A DNA stretch of 64,000 nucleotides from Takakia lepidozioides (lineage: Eukaryota > Plantae > Bryophyta). The notes below the pieces were generated by a model. It searched no databases and was not told the origin of the DNA. It saw only the letters and a list, made by a program, of their open reading frames with translations. Made by a program: the position numbers and the translations under genes. Shown here one piece after another: positions 1 through 12,660 of the stretch. The first letter of the stretch is position 1. Each line of letters opens with the position of its first letter. Location of the stretch: the NCBI GenBank assembly GCA_030704615.1, contig CM060731.1, forward strand, positions 23,808,001 through 23,872,000, read 5' to 3'.

Positions 1-3
1 GAT

Positions 4-1534
4 GTGTACAAACTCAGAGAGGAACACACTCTCAGAGGAACCACAAGCAACTTGGTGGATAACCACCTTATGCAGGTCTGGTTAGCACAAGGGCCAGTGG
101 AGGGCAAAGCACCACGAAAGCTCACCCAAAGCGAGATGAATGAGCTCAGGCTGCAAGTGCAAAACATTGCCACAACTACTATAGACAATGTCTATAGTAG
201 GATAGCGGAGTTACAGGAGGATGTAGACGACCTGCAGACTCAAGTGGAGGACCTCACTTCAAATATCGACAAAAGAGTCTATATATCTGAGGAACAGCTA
301 ATGGCTTCTTATTTACAAGCCAAAACTTTGGCTTTTCAGTCTTCTTCACAGGAGGTGCAGGAGATGCCAATGGTACAAGAGCCAGTGCCACCAACACCAC
401 AACAAGTCACTGTGCCAGTAGCTGACCCTGTTGTTACTACAGCCACACCACGGCCACCACAGCCTGAGGTATGGGGCAATGCTGTTTTTAACCCACCTAA
501 AACTCCAGCTGCAAGGGAGTACAGTAGGGCTATGATTATGCCCTTCAACCAAATTCCCATTGTGTTGGATTTGGTTTGGAAAGAATTTAGTCCTCCGCAG
601 TCATTGGCACATTACTATCAAATCATGTGCATATGGCTTCCAGTGGCAACTAAAACTAAAGTTCTTCCGAACAATCGACCAATTGAGGATCATCACTTTG
701 CACAGTACTGGCATGAGGCAGGTACCATGTTGAAGGAATTAATTGCCTTCCAAGTTGTACATGGATTCATTTATACCAAGACCAAGGAGGTAGCAAGTAT
801 TGTCATAGGATGCGGGTTATACTACGCTGCTTGTTTTCTGGTACGTTATCACATTGAGCAGCACAAGATGCAATCGCGCTTTCTGAGTTATTCCAGTGGG
901 GATCATTGGGTCTTACCTGCAGTGCCACCTCATATGTACCTATATGAGGCAAAAGTTATGATACAAAAAGGATTCTCAAATTCGTTCATGGTTTCATGCG
1001 GCCTGGAACAATTTGTCAACACAGAAATTCGGCCTTGATGATATTTTCTCTAAAGGACATGAGGCATGGAAATACTTGCACAATTCACAGGTCATTGGTA
1101 CCCCACTCACCTGGACAGACAAGGAGCTCAGGGTCTTCACCAATTTTGCCATTCAGCGTTTACAACAAGTTTTAAAATATAAACTTCCAGACATGGTAGG
1201 ACAACATTGTATGCCCCAGAGGATTCCACAAAAAGTTCGACAATTAAAACACCTGAGAGGCGATGAGGATTCTGATACAACTGTTTCTTCAGCGGATTCT
1301 TTTGACATGGGAGAAGACTATGCAATTAAGATGGCAGAGAAGAAGCGACGGGGGTCTCCTATGCCTGAAAGGTTACCTCGATATCAGCCTCCAGAGGGCC
1401 TCACATATCCAGGTAGTGTTCAATCATCTCCGTCAACCAGTGACAGACCTCGGGCTCGTACACACAGTCCGCCACGAAACTCTCAACGTCAGAAAGGTGC
1501 TCGCTCACAAAGGTTTGCTAATCCCAATCAGTAA
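4..1534 (+). pseudogene. C-terminal part of the retrotransposon 3' extra ORF (coiled-coil and Pro-rich), probably one frameshift near 1020
   Basis: The N-terminal 90 aa are near-identical to the end of ORF 6232-6935 (LVDNHLMQVWLAQGPVEGKAPRKLT). Overlapping ORFs 4-1038 and 1013-1534 end just before the PPT. Confidence 0.7.
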
Positions 1535-1572
1535 ACCGTGAGGACACAACTTTTTGAGAGGGGAAGGGGTAA

Positions 1573-2675
1573 TGTTAGAGGACTGTCTGGGACTTAGACA
1601 CTTATACGGGATCTGTGGGGTACCCTTAATTTTTGCACAGACTGAGACCAACAGGAGCCTTAGGGGTGACAGCAGCGCACTTTAGAGGGGGGTTACACAG
1701 CCCGTCACAGCCAACACAGCCCGTCACAGTCGGACACAGCCGACACAGCCAAACACAGTCAACACAGCCCGTCACAGTCCGACACAGCCGACACAGCCAG
1801 ACACAGTCAACACAGCCCGTCACAGTCCGACACAGCCAACACAGTCGTCACAGTCCGACACAGCCCGTCACAGCTTCGCACAGCCGTCACAACTTCGCAC
1901 AGCCGACACAGCCCGACACAGCCACACAGCCAGTCACAGCCCATCACAGCCCAACACAGCCGTCACAGTTTCACAGCCAGTCACAGCTTGACACAGCTGT
2001 CATGACCATAGGGAACGGATAGCAGGACAGGGAACGACTGTGGGGAACAACACCTGCGAATGGAACATGTTAGTTCACGGATGACGGTTAGTGAGGGAAA
2101 CGGTTAGAACGACGGGTAGGAAGATAAAGCTAGGAGCAAGGACTGGAAGAAGGGGGAATTATGGGATCACTTCTTGGGGGAACTTCGGACATCACTGGGG
2201 GAAATGAGGAGAGAGCGTATCTCTGAGCAGAAAGAGGGAGAGCACGGAGTAAGAGGGAGAGCACGGAGTAGGAGGAGGATCTGTTGATGCTTAATGAATG
2301 CAGGCAGTAGAATTGTAATGTAGAGCAGATTAGAGACTCCATTGCTTCAGCCTGATACTTGATAGATATTAATCTGATACACACTTCATACTCACACTGT
2401 GTAGAGAGATCTGAGTGAAGCTGTGGAATGAATGGATGAGTTGATGGAATCCGATAGATTGATGAAGAAAACTGATACTTAATTACCAACAGTAAGGTAA
2501 CTAGCTAACATGAATGCGGGAAGGAAAACAAATAGGAAACATCCCCATGATACACTAGCTGTAGGTCATGACTGATTGTTCTGAGCGGGCTGAGTACTTA
2601 GAGATTTCCAACTCTTCTATCTTGGAGTTTCCGCCTCGGATAGCGAAGGGATGGGTGAGTAAAAGCCGCGCGACA
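1573..2675 (+). repeat. LTR (1103 bp) with CACAG-rich tandem tract at ~1696-2000
   Basis: Starts TGTTAGAGG and ends GCGACA. Both ends align with the reverse complement of 19821-20873 (TGTTAGAGGG...CTCGACA). Confidence 0.92.
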
Positions 2676-3435
2676 CACGCCCCACGGATGTGAGCCGAGT
2701 TCGAGCTTTCATGGGGTTAGCAAACTATTACAGACGGTTTGTTAAGGGATTTAGTGCCATTGCAAAGGCTCTAACCAAACTGACCAAGGTGGACCAGGAG
2801 TGGCAGTGGGAAGATGAGCAAGAACAAGCTTTTCAAGAGCTCAAGGCGCGGTTGACCTCGGCGCCCATCTTGAGACGACCTATCAGGGGGCGTCCTTTTC
2901 AGCTGCATACAGATTGGAGCATGCTGGGGCTTGGAGCGGTGCTCACACAGGTGGATGATGAGGGAAGAGAGTTCGTAGTGGCTTATGCTAGCCGCTCAAA
3001 CAATGCTGCAGAATCTAAGTATAGCTCATATAAGAGAGAATGCTTAGCTGCAGTGTGGGCCGTGACACACTTCAGGTGCTATCTATACGGCAATCTCTTC
3101 ACCCTTGTCACGGATCACCAACCACTCAAGTGGTTGATGGAGTCAGACAAGCTTACGGGGAAGCTTGCACGGTGGGCACTCATCCTTCAAGAGTATGACT
3201 TTCAGGTGGTGCATCGACCGGGTTTGGTCAATCGCAATGCAGATGGGTTGAGTCGCAATCCATGCACGAGCTAGCAGGATGACACTGGAGCTCGGTGGCA
3301 TGGTGAGACGGACGAGGAGATGGTGCCCGGATGGCATGCATCTGCATTTCTGTGTATTTTGGCAGCGGAAGGCCAGGTTGGACCTGCAAGAGGGATGACT
3401 GTAGATCAAGTGTCTGAGGACCCTAAGGCCAGCAA
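2676..3435 (+). mobile_element. RT-RNase H fragment of a different Ty3/gypsy family, into which copy 1 inserted
   Basis: ORF 2690-3274 reads FMGLANYYRRFV...HTDWS..GLGAVL..AYASRSNN..ECLAAVWAV..TDHQPL..ADGLSR. It begins immediately after the LTR end. The right boundary is approximate. Confidence 0.88.
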
Positions 3436-3761
3436 TGAGGGTGTTGAGTTGAATGGGGTTTGCAAGTTCAACTGTCGTCTGATCCTAAATATATTACCTT
3501 GTCAGCACAATGGCTTGTGAGGGCTACAATTTTGTGTCTCTTTCATGTCCTGCACAATGTTTTACAGTGGTGACGTGGAATAACGGCGCCGAAATACCTC
3601 ATTCCGCATCCTGGACCAGGAGAAACAAACCCTATTATCGAGGTAAGAGGACATAACACCGTCAATAAAGGCACGAAAATTCCAATTCCGCGGATGCCCG
3701 CTCATGAGCTCATAGGCTCATAGACTCATGGGCTCATGGGCTCATGAAATAGTAAACCTCC
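3436..3761. mobile_element. One terminus of the Mutator-like element (TIR plus subterminal motif)
   Basis: GCTCATGAAATAGTAAACCTCC (3740-3761) matches GCTCATGGAATAGCAACCCCCC (13029-13050) at 18/22. CATGAG/CATGGG repeats occur at 3700-3746, and AATAACGGCGCCGAAAT at 3579 is the reverse complement of the 64-bp repeat core. The left boundary is approximate. Confidence 0.7.
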
Positions 3762-6700
3762 GTGACACAGCCTATCACGGCCCATCACAGTGTCACACAG
3801 CCTATCACAGTTCACCACAGTTCACCACAGTTAGACACAGCCTGTCACAACCCAACACAGCCCATGCAGGTTACACAGTCCATTGGGTCAGTGACAGGTG
3901 GACGCGGGTTAACATTAGAAAAGTGGCCGTCAAGTGAAGAAGAAGTCTGGAAGTCAAACTCGGAGAATATGCCACACTGAGACGGGAAGTCGGGGGCATG
4001 TCTAAAAACGGACACGTGGCCACTAAGGCGAAGCACACCGCAGTGCATAAATTGCAAGAGTGGGTCTCATCATGCAAGAGGACAAATCGGGCCGTCAAAG
4101 TACCTAACCGGTACATCAGCTAAGACTATTTGTGGGCCCATTAATGCATTCAGGGCAAGGGTAACGGAACCCTTTCCGAGTACAGAAAAGAAGGACTTAT
4201 GCCACATGTGTTGTCCTACTGGACATTCCAGGTGGGAATGTCCACGGAGGGGGGTGGAATTAAGAAGTTACCTAAGCAGGCAACAGCCAATCAGGAGTGA
4301 GAATTTCATGCAGGTGGTTCCCTCCAAGAAACAAGAACAAGAGCGGAAGAGTTGGGGTGGCTCCGAATAGCCAGTGTCTCGACAGGAGGGGCAATCAAAG
4401 CACTAGCTTTGTAGCTATGGCGGATGTAACGGATTACACGCTCGCTTTACTTCTCACGCAGTGGCGCAAGGACGGACGAATTGAGAGTACATTTTCTCTC
4501 ACTCGATACTTGCAAGCCCCACAGGCTTACACGCACTTACCTGTTCCATTCTGTGCCAACCATACCTTTATGCTCTGTGCCCTGCAAGCTTTCCTTCAGC
4601 TGTTTCAAACAAGGCCTTTTTGTATGTCTAGAATGAAGAGAGTGAGGGGAATGGAGGATATCAGGGTGAAGAGCACCATGATTCTGTAGAAGCAAACAAT
4701 TGCTACACCGCAGGCAGTGCAGCTGCTGAGGGAGTTGCGATTGGAGGGGCTGCTACGCAAGGACTGGTCCTTGCATCATCGACAATATATGATTCAATTT
4801 CTTCAGAACTTTGAGCCTCGGACGGGAGTTACCCAGGTGAGGGGAGTAGATATAGAAATTACTCCCCAGTACTTACAGCAATTGTTTGATTTGCCATCGG
4901 GTCATGTGGATGTGGATGAGCACAGGGCAAGATTGCAGATGGGGAATTTGTTCCAAGAAAGGAGTTTCTTTAAGACTCAAGGTTACGCTTGTACCAAAGC
5001 CGAGTACCCAGGACTCAGAGAAGTTGGCCAAATATTGAACGTTCTGTTTGCCATGAAACAGAACCAACAATATTTGAGCAGGTCATTCACAGAGGAGATC
5101 ATGAAAGCTTTAAGGGGAGAGGATATAGCTTGGGCAGAGTTAATGTACAATGGTCTGGTGGAAGAGATGAAGAGGTTACAGGGCACTGCTGCTAAGTTTC
5201 CGATCATTGTGTCTGGTCCAGTCATTGCCCAAATCATTCTTGACTCTTGCATACTTGATACTGGGGAACGTAAGGAGATGGGAGTGTTTGAGGCAGTAAC
5301 CACTGCAATTAAAGAGCAGGACTCTTCACATAGTGAGGGTGGACTGGTAGGGCAACACCTGTCTAAGAGACAAAAGCAGGGTATGACTATAGTGGCAGAT
5401 CCACTAGCTTCACGGAAACCGCAAGATGATGTTTCCCAAGCTCTTGTGCAGGATGGGGCACAACAGCACAGAGGGTTGTTATTATTGGAAGCACGGCCTT
5501 CGGAGCGGGAAGAAGAAGTCACTTTGGTACCTTAGCCATCACAGCCAGTTGACTCAGTTGTCTCAGAGGTTGCACAGGTAGAACATGCTGTGACACCACC
5601 CCCAATTGCTCTGGACGGAGAAAAGTTGGACATTCCCACTACAGAGCAGGTCGTGGCCGAAATTGAGAAGGGTGACCTTCTCTATGAAAACTCTGGCTTG
5701 GTAAGGGAATCAGTGGTTCCAGAGGTGCAAAGTTTGTCCAGGGAAATCCCTACTGTGCATGTAATACCCACACCTGTGACGGAGGTACCAGGGGTAGAAT
5801 ATAAGGACACTGCAGCATCTGTGGAGGATGAGGTGGTTCAGGAAGATGATCTGGTGGGGCAATGGCCTGAATGGTTGGTGAAGCATCACATTGTGGAAGA
5901 TCAGGGGGAACAGCACCAAGTTCACCATGATGACCCCTAGCAGGCCATGCTTATGAGTTCCATAAGCAGGACACTTAATTTGTTGGGCACTTATGTGAAA
6001 TCCCATGTTCCATCTTCCCAATTGGCAGTTTTGAGGGAGGAACTCAGGAAGGAGTTTGAGACTCAAATTGCCACTGAGTGTGCTAACAAGGTAGATGCGG
6101 AGATCAATCTCAAGTTACAGCAAGAGTTGGAGGACACAAAGGCTGCCTTGCAGTTGGCTAAGATACATTTGATTGAAGCAGGTCTCAAGCAGGACCAGTT
6201 GCATGAAGCACATAAGCAATAGTTATACCAATTGCAGGTAAAGCATGAAGGCAAGTTGCAAGAAGTGAACGTACTACATACAGAGTTGGAGGCAGTACAT
6301 CAGAGGATGACCATACAATGTGCTACACTCACAACTGCTCTAGAGCAAACTGCATTAGAAGTTAACAGACAAGGGGAGAGATGTATGATGGCAGAAGCTA
6401 AGATAATAGAGCAAGGGAAACTCATTGTTGATTTGCAGGCTACAATCTGTCGCAATGAAAATATTTTCCAACAGTACAAACAGGTTGAGGCTGACCAGGA
6501 GAGATACATCCTGGAGTTGCAACAAACAGTCATGGTCAATAGAAATGAACTCTCTGTAGCTAACAAGGCTTGGAAGGAAGCCAATAATCTGGCTGCTGCC
6601 TATGCGGGCCTGGTTGAACCTCATGCGAAGCGCATGGAGGCTTTACAACAGCAGTTAGATGTGTACAAACTCACGGTGGAGCAGACTCTCAAAGGTGCCA

Positions 6701-6935
6701 CACATGACTTGGTGGATAACCACCTTATGCAGGTCTGGTTAGCACAAGGGCCGGTAGAAGGCAAAGCACCAAGGAAGCTCACCAAGGGTGAGATGAATGA
6801 GCTCCAATTGCAGGTGCAGAACATTGCCACAACTACTATAGACAATGTCTATAGTAGGATAGCAGAGCTACAGGAGGATGTGGAAGGCCTGCAGACTCAA
6901 GTAGATGACTTGAGTTCAAATATTGACAAGAGTGT
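3762..6935 (+). mobile_element. Internal 3' region of the gypsy family: CACAG repeats plus long 3' ORF, truncated at 6935
   Basis: CACAG tract at 3762-3880 resembles 13051-13110 (minus). Positions 6658-6935 duplicate 1-278. Confidence 0.85.
4417..6935 (+). pseudogene. Retrotransposon 3' extra ORF: N-terminal domain resembling plant retroelement accessory proteins, acidic linker, long coiled coil
   Basis: ORFs starting at 4297, 4717, 5590, 5947 and 6232 are all in one frame, broken only by four TAG codons (4687, 5533, 5938, 6220). Contains the motif TQVRGVDIEITPQYLQQLFDLP. Confidence 0.8.
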
Positions 6936-7600
6936 GAATTTTCGGACGAGATGTGGCCCCCTGGGTGTTATCCTGCTGGAAATCCTCGTCGGAATCATCA
7001 TCATCTGGCTGACTATGTTGCTGCTTCTTCTTCTTGGGTGTGGGGGTCTTCGTCTCTTGCCCCTGTTTGCGCGTTCTTTTCTTCCTGTCCTTGGGCTGCT
7101 CAACTGCCTGCTTCTCCATCTGCTCCTTCACCAACGTTGCCGCCTTGGCTGACTTTCTCAGTGCTTTCTGCTTGGCTGCCTCCTCTGCTTTCAGTCTTTC
7201 CGCGTCCTCTGGTTGGGGATCCGATTGCGCCTTCATAGCCCTGGCATTCGCTTCCTTCTTCAAGTTAACCTCCGAGAGGTCAACGGTCCCACTTGGGAGA
7301 TCCACATATTAGGGACAGTCTACCAAATGCTCGGCATGCCACTCCTTTGCCATTACTTCTGTGTACATCGTACCACGACCTCCAGGTGTCCTCCTTGCTA
7401 GGAAGAATGGTGGAACCCTTTGAATGGCTCCGGACGGAATGAATGCAAAGTTTATGTACCTGCAATCACGAGGCAGTTCAACAAAAATCATTCTACTGAT
7501 ACATCATGCAAGAGGAAGTTCTCAATGCACAAGGTATGTCGGCACCGAAATACGCAATGGACCGTGCCCCAATCACCCAGCACTCACATCTTGCAGAGGT
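6936..7600 (-). pseudogene. Accessory ORF Y of the MULE (unknown function, Lys/Asp-rich C-terminal part), truncated at the 6935/6936 junction
   Basis: ORFs 7309-7491 and 6916-7305 are in frame across one stop. The C-terminus is NLS-like and acidic (KKKKQ...DDDDSDED). The 5' limit is uncertain. Confidence 0.45.
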
Positions 7601-7661
7601 ATATTTTGGCGCCGCAATACCCACCGCTGCTTAGCTAAATCATCAAAACTATAAATAGGGG

Positions 7662-10600
7662 GATGGCCAAAACAGGGAAACAGTCGTCCACGACTTATCC
7701 AGTGACGATGAAGACTGTATGGTCCTTCCATCGTATGTTTCAAAGTCGTCCGTCACTAGGAGTGTTCAGAAGTTGGCAAACAATGAGCACACACCCTCCG
7801 ACTCAACTTCCGTCCACTCAGTAATCGACATATTGTGGAGGATGAAGACAACGGGTTCCCGCTCCGGTGACCTTCTTAGGCTTGATTACGACAAAACTCC
7901 AATCCATTCTGTGGAAACTTTGCCTGATGTTGTGGATGAGAATGCTATCTACGAGTTCCCTCCAGTGCCGGCAGGCGCAGGCCCAGACGACATGCTAGCA
8001 GGAATGAACAGGAAACATGACGGCCACCCTTGGTGTGTCACCAAAACTTCATCGTCCAACCTGGGTGATGGAGTTTGAGTGAGATATGTATTGTGTGCTG
8101 GGCATCTTAAATGTTTCTCGAGTACATGTTACCATTACACGAGCAAAGGCACCCGGAATGAGACTGACTAGATTGGCAATTCGTCGACCCCATTTTGGCC
8201 TCAAGGTAGAGTTCTTGCAGGGACATTCAAGTGTGCCCATTGCAACCCAGCCCCTACGTGTATGGCAGTGTGCAACGCCAAGCAGTACTACGTCGGGACC
8301 GTCGGCCCAGCGTGCACCAGAGCATGCATTCACATCGGAAAGCATGACCACCCCGTCGCCAGAGGCAATTGCAGAGTCGCTTTTCAACAAGCCCACGATA
8401 TTATCAAGGAGGAGGTGAGGTTGAGGCCGGGAGCAAAACCAAAGCAGATACAGCTCGCATCCGCACATAGAATTGCAATTGGCAGAATAATGTCGGAGGA
8501 CGGAAGCACAAGAGAGAAGCTGGGCGAGGGGGACATGAAGGAGTTGCTGGAAGCTGTCTCCTAAGTGTGCAGCCCCAATGTCAGGAACCACATTGTCGGC
8601 TGCAAGAAACGAATCGAAAGAGGATCAGACATGCACTCCATCTTGGAAGTGAAGCGCACATGCGGCTACGACTTCTTTCCTGGTCAAGGCTCAGAGACGG
8701 ACAGGTGCTTCATATTTAAGATGTCAACGTGCGGACCGGGGAGCGGTGTCGATTTGGTGAAGCGGATGACCAGTGGAGACCTCTCAAATTGCTGGGTCAG
8801 GTTCGACCACATCAGGCGAATTACCAACCACGATTGGGTGACAATGGGGGCACATGTATACGACCCACATTGCAGAAAGTTGATGACCATTGCTATCTGC
8901 AAAATGAAAGGAGAAGACACAGATTCGGAGTTGCATATGTGACGCGGAATTAATGAGCAAATGGCAAGAGCGAAGTTGCCCCCTCCCGATTTTAGGGGCT
9001 TCATGGCTGACAATGCCCAGGCGAACTGGGCTGCAGTGAGGAGGGTATATGGGGACGACCCAAAGACTCCAATGGAAGGTAAGGAGAGATCTTGCGGGTT
9101 CCACTTCATGCAGAGTTTGGCGCAAAACACGAAAAGGTTCGTGGTGTCACGCCACCGGCAGGATCATATCAGTATGTGCCTTGCGTGGAAAAATGCGAAT
9201 TCCATCGACAAGGCGGAGACCGAGTTTGCAACCATACGCGCCTAGTGGGTGTCTTCGGGGGCAGTGGATGTGAAAGATGAGGCAGAACTGCAAACGTGGC
9301 TTGCGTGGTGGCACTATAGATTCCGCCAGTTTGGAGACTACATGAGACAGGTAACACATTTCTGTACTTGACAATTGTTCTGTTTTGTGCTTGGACATTC
9401 TCCACAATGAGTGACATTTCTAATTTCCTTCAACATGACATGAGCTTGGAGGATGACACAGATATGCCAACGACGAACATGGCCGAATTGGTGCACTCTT
9501 CCTAGCGTGCTTCCTCTGTGGCACATCTCGTTGACATGTTGACAGCAACAACATAAGATATTGTGAGGGCCATCATGCAACAATCTCGTTACTACCAGTT
9601 TCTGGGAGGAAAGCAATGGGGTATCGGACCAGACAGGCAGGAGATGCTGATGAGGGCGGCGCATCATTCGACCGATCCCAAAAAATGGACTGCTGCATTG
9701 CGGGAAACAATAAGGTCAATGCCGTTACACAGTCGAGGGAACTGCCTGGAGGGCGATGTCCGCAGCCGGCCGGTGAAGAGAAGAATTGAGGACATGCCCG
9801 GAGGCGACGGGGATTCATGGAGATCAGATATGAACATCCGCACTCAACCTCGGGGCGCAACGATGTTGCGTCCCACGCCTCCTCCCAGCAGGACTCGTAC
9901 CCCCTCTCCTGCAGCATCCATGGAATCGCTGCCAGAGTCGGGACAACAGCCGAGGATGAGCATGCTGCTCCTATTATCGTTACCCAATACAACATTCCAA
10001 TCGTGGAGCGAGATGTGTCGGCCTTGCAGTGGAGAATTGCACGGACCCGTCCGTCATTTCGTGGGAAATGTTGTGTTGTTCATGTCGACACCAACCAGAG
10101 ATGCAATGAGATGATTCGGAGGAGCCCGCAGGGCGGTGTGCCTGCCCCTTGCTTCATAGGGAGATTTGTGTGCGCAAAGTTTGTGGAGGCCACACTGAAG
10201 GAGTTTTGTTCTGCACGCACGACATCATGTCGTGTGTGTTCGGCAAGCCCAAGTATGGTGTACAAGGCATGCCTGAACCACCAGCAGTCTGGCCTGTGGC
10301 AACAGGTACAAATCTTTACCCCGGAGGAGGTAGACGCTCTAGGAAGTGCAGGGTTTCGACTGGTGGAGAGGACAGACGTTCCACGAAATCCAATTCCCAG
10401 TCGTCATCCTCCTCCCACGAGAAGGTCTTTGCCCGCAGCTTGGCCCACCCATCGGTGGGGGAAACTGAAAAGACGGCGGCCACCAACAAAGGCAAATGAC
10501 ACCAGGATGGCCAACGCTCTTGCAATGCCCTGCATAGTGCAAGGTTGCAGGGATGTTCCTCACCCCGGGATGGGGCGCATATTTCAGTTGTCAACAGCCG

Positions 10601-10842
10601 GGTCTACTGCGCGCAGTGTCGTGTATGCAATCACGGTTTCTCAGTACCCAGCTTGCAACTGTGAGGACTTCCTTGTTATGGAATCGAAGAATGCAGCATA
10701 CGTCCCCTGCAAACACCTTTATTACATTTTTCTGAAGCGCATGTGTTGCATATCCGTAGTGGACGTCTTCATCCATGCTCCAACACTGAGTTTCAATGAG
10801 CTGCACAAGGCCCTACGGCAGGATACAGATCGGAATGCTTGA
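7662..10842 (+). pseudogene. MULE-type transposase with N-terminal GCM/WRKY-like zinc finger and C-terminal SWIM finger
   Basis: One frame from 7662 to 9350 with in-frame stops: KHDGHPW...CAGHLKC...CAHC...HIGKHDHP, then RFDH (D1), FMADN (D2) and CGFHFMQ (CxxH). Intron donor at 9351, then PTTNMAELVH (E). SWIM CNCEDF...PCKHL lies at 10654-10720. Confidence 0.8.
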
Positions 10843-11527
10843 CATTCCACATTCAGGAAGGACAAAGTAGCAATTATATTACATTCATCTTCTTGCACCC
10901 TATTTTTTTGTGAGGAATTATACACTTGGTGGTGCCGCACCGCCATGGCTCCAGGTGCATTTCGGTGCCGCAATACATGAGAATGTGGTTTTTGGCCGTG
11001 AATGGCATGGGCATGCTTTTTTTATTTTGGTTATGTCTATAAATGGATCCGAGGAAAGCATACATTGTGTGGAGATACACGGGTATTGTGGCCTATTTCA
11101 GCGCCGTTATTGGTCTGTATACTGCATAGTGCTTCCTTGTTACTGCTCTTCATTCAATTTGTGGTGATTTCGCAGCCCATCCTGGCGTTTTCGTCCACCT
11201 TTATGAGAAGACTCCAATTTGCTACCAATACATTGTCAGTGTTCTGCAAATGTGATGCCTTTACAAGATTGCTAGTTCTGTGTCCCAGTGGGAAGGGTCC
11301 TACTGCACATTCCAGCATTTGCATACTGCACCTTGTGCAAACAACAATCCATATGACAAAGGACACGTCCTAGCATACTGGCAGTGAATTGCAAAAAACC
11401 TTAACAGATTATTATCCAAGCATGTATATTCCCCATATGGCACAGGGAAGCTACTTGATTTCTGAATCAAAATGTATGTGCCATGAGTGTCGGCAAGTCG
11501 AAACATGTCTACTCTAGCATGCATGAC

Positions 11528-12127
11528 CTATGGTCCCCTCGCCCAAGAAGAAGGAACTCGAACTGGCCTCTCAAGGACCTCCTGAGTGACCGGGTGCCGA
11601 TATTTGAACAAAATGTCAGTGGTTTCTGTTGCCCGGTTGAAACGAACGAGGATGTCGTGTTTATCGATAGCGCCCCCTTTGTAGAAGGACGTTTTCATAG
11701 TGGGCCCTGTGTTCCCCTCCTCCTCATCCTCATAACTGAAGAGAATGTCCCCACTTTCCGAGCCAGTCCGTCCACGCGTGAAGTTTTCACCTATGCACTC
11801 ATCATACGTCCACTCGCAACAATTCCAGCGATACAGCAACGCTGTGTGTGATCTGTTCGGCTCCCACTCAAGCGGAAAGTCCAGGTCCATGATGCGTAGG
11901 AACCACCTGCTCCCCAGCCGGGGTCCAGGAGAATCGTGCAATCCTGGAAGAAACTCCATTGCTCTCAGCTGGACAAGTCGAGGATCGTCCCTGTAAACAT
12001 CTAGGAAGACAATGATGTCGTCTGCTTTCGGGACAATGACTCCCGTCTGGCGTCGATAGATGTGATTCGGGCACGACATGGCCTCACGACACAGCAAGAA
12101 CTCAGAGCAGGGAGGAGATGGGCACAA
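11528..12127 (-). CDS. Accessory ORF X of the MULE, ~180-199 aa, unknown function
   Basis: Uninterrupted ORF of globular-looking composition, just inside the subterminal repeat array and convergent with the transposase. An ATATAT box lies ~50 bp upstream on the minus strand. Confidence 0.5.
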   Translation of the reverse strand: MCPSPPCSEFLLCREAMSCPNHIYRRQTGVIVPKADDIIVFLDVYRDDPRLVQLRAMEFLPGLHDSPGPRLGSRWFLRIMDLDFPLEWEPNRSHTALLYRWNCCEWTYDECIGENFTRGRTGSESGDILFSYEDEEEGNTGPTMKTSFYKGGAIDKHDILVRFNRATETTDILFKYRHPVTQEVLERPVRVPSSWARGP

Positions 12128-12315
12128 CAGAGAAGAGTGAAGAGCAAAATGAGAGCGAGGCCGGCGGAAGAGGGATATATCATTGCTGCACTACCAATGT
12201 CGTATGCGGCAGAACTTCTATTTCCTCCGACATGTGTGCTTTTATTAGACAAATCCGCACCAGTTTCAGGAGAGTTTGCAAAACTCCCTCACCGTAAGGC
12301 GGGTATTTGCTCTCC

Positions 12316-12660
12316 GGAACCCAATTTCGGCGCCGTTATTGGATGGACTGCGGAAGCTTCAGCCGAGAATTTTGTTTCCGGAGCCCAATTTCGGTGCCGT
12401 TATTGGTTGCACTCCCCAGCCTTCAGCCGGGTATTTGGTTTTTGGACCCCAATTTCGGCGCCGTTATCGGCTGCACTCCGGTGGCTTCAGCCAAGTATTT
12501 GGTTTCCGGGGCCCAATTTTGGTGCCGTTATTGGCTGCACTCCGGAGGCTTCAGCCGGGTATTTGGTTGGCGGAGCCCAATTTCGGCACCGTTATTGGCT
12601 TCACTCCCGAGCCTTCAGCCGACTATTTATTTTCCTGTGCCCAATTACGGCGCCGTTATA
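12316..12660. repeat. 64-bp subterminal tandem repeat, ~5.5 copies
   Basis: Unit GGA(A/G)CCCAATTTCGG(C/T)GCCGTTATTGG...TTCAGCCG... starts at ~12316, 12380, 12444, 12508, 12572 and 12636. Confidence 0.95.

Larger units (their letters stand above)
1..2675 (+). mobile_element. 3' end of Ty3/gypsy LTR retrotransposon, copy 1 (3' extra ORF, PPT, 3' LTR)
   Basis: ORFs 4-1038 and 1013-1534 are followed by a polypurine tract GAGAGGGGAAGGGG (1556-1569) and a TG...CA LTR (1573-2675) homologous to 19821-20873 on the minus strand. Positions 1-278 match 6658-6935. Confidence 0.9.

Noticed and set aside
1626-2022. Cys- or His/Ser-rich ORFs in the LTR repeats (also 20442-20786, 12062-12775, 29322-29561)
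   Set aside because: These are translation artefacts of tandem repeats.
6936-7152. Hydrophobic C-terminus of ORF 6232-7152 suggesting an env transmembrane segment
   Set aside because: It lies beyond the rearrangement junction and is the antisense of Lys-rich ORF Y. The true continuation is seen at 279-1038.
12316-12660. CRISPR-like appearance of the 64-bp array (and of the 104-bp array at 20874-21821)
   Set aside because: Whole units are homologous with no unique spacers, there are no cas genes, and the context is eukaryotic. These are ordinary tandem repeats.
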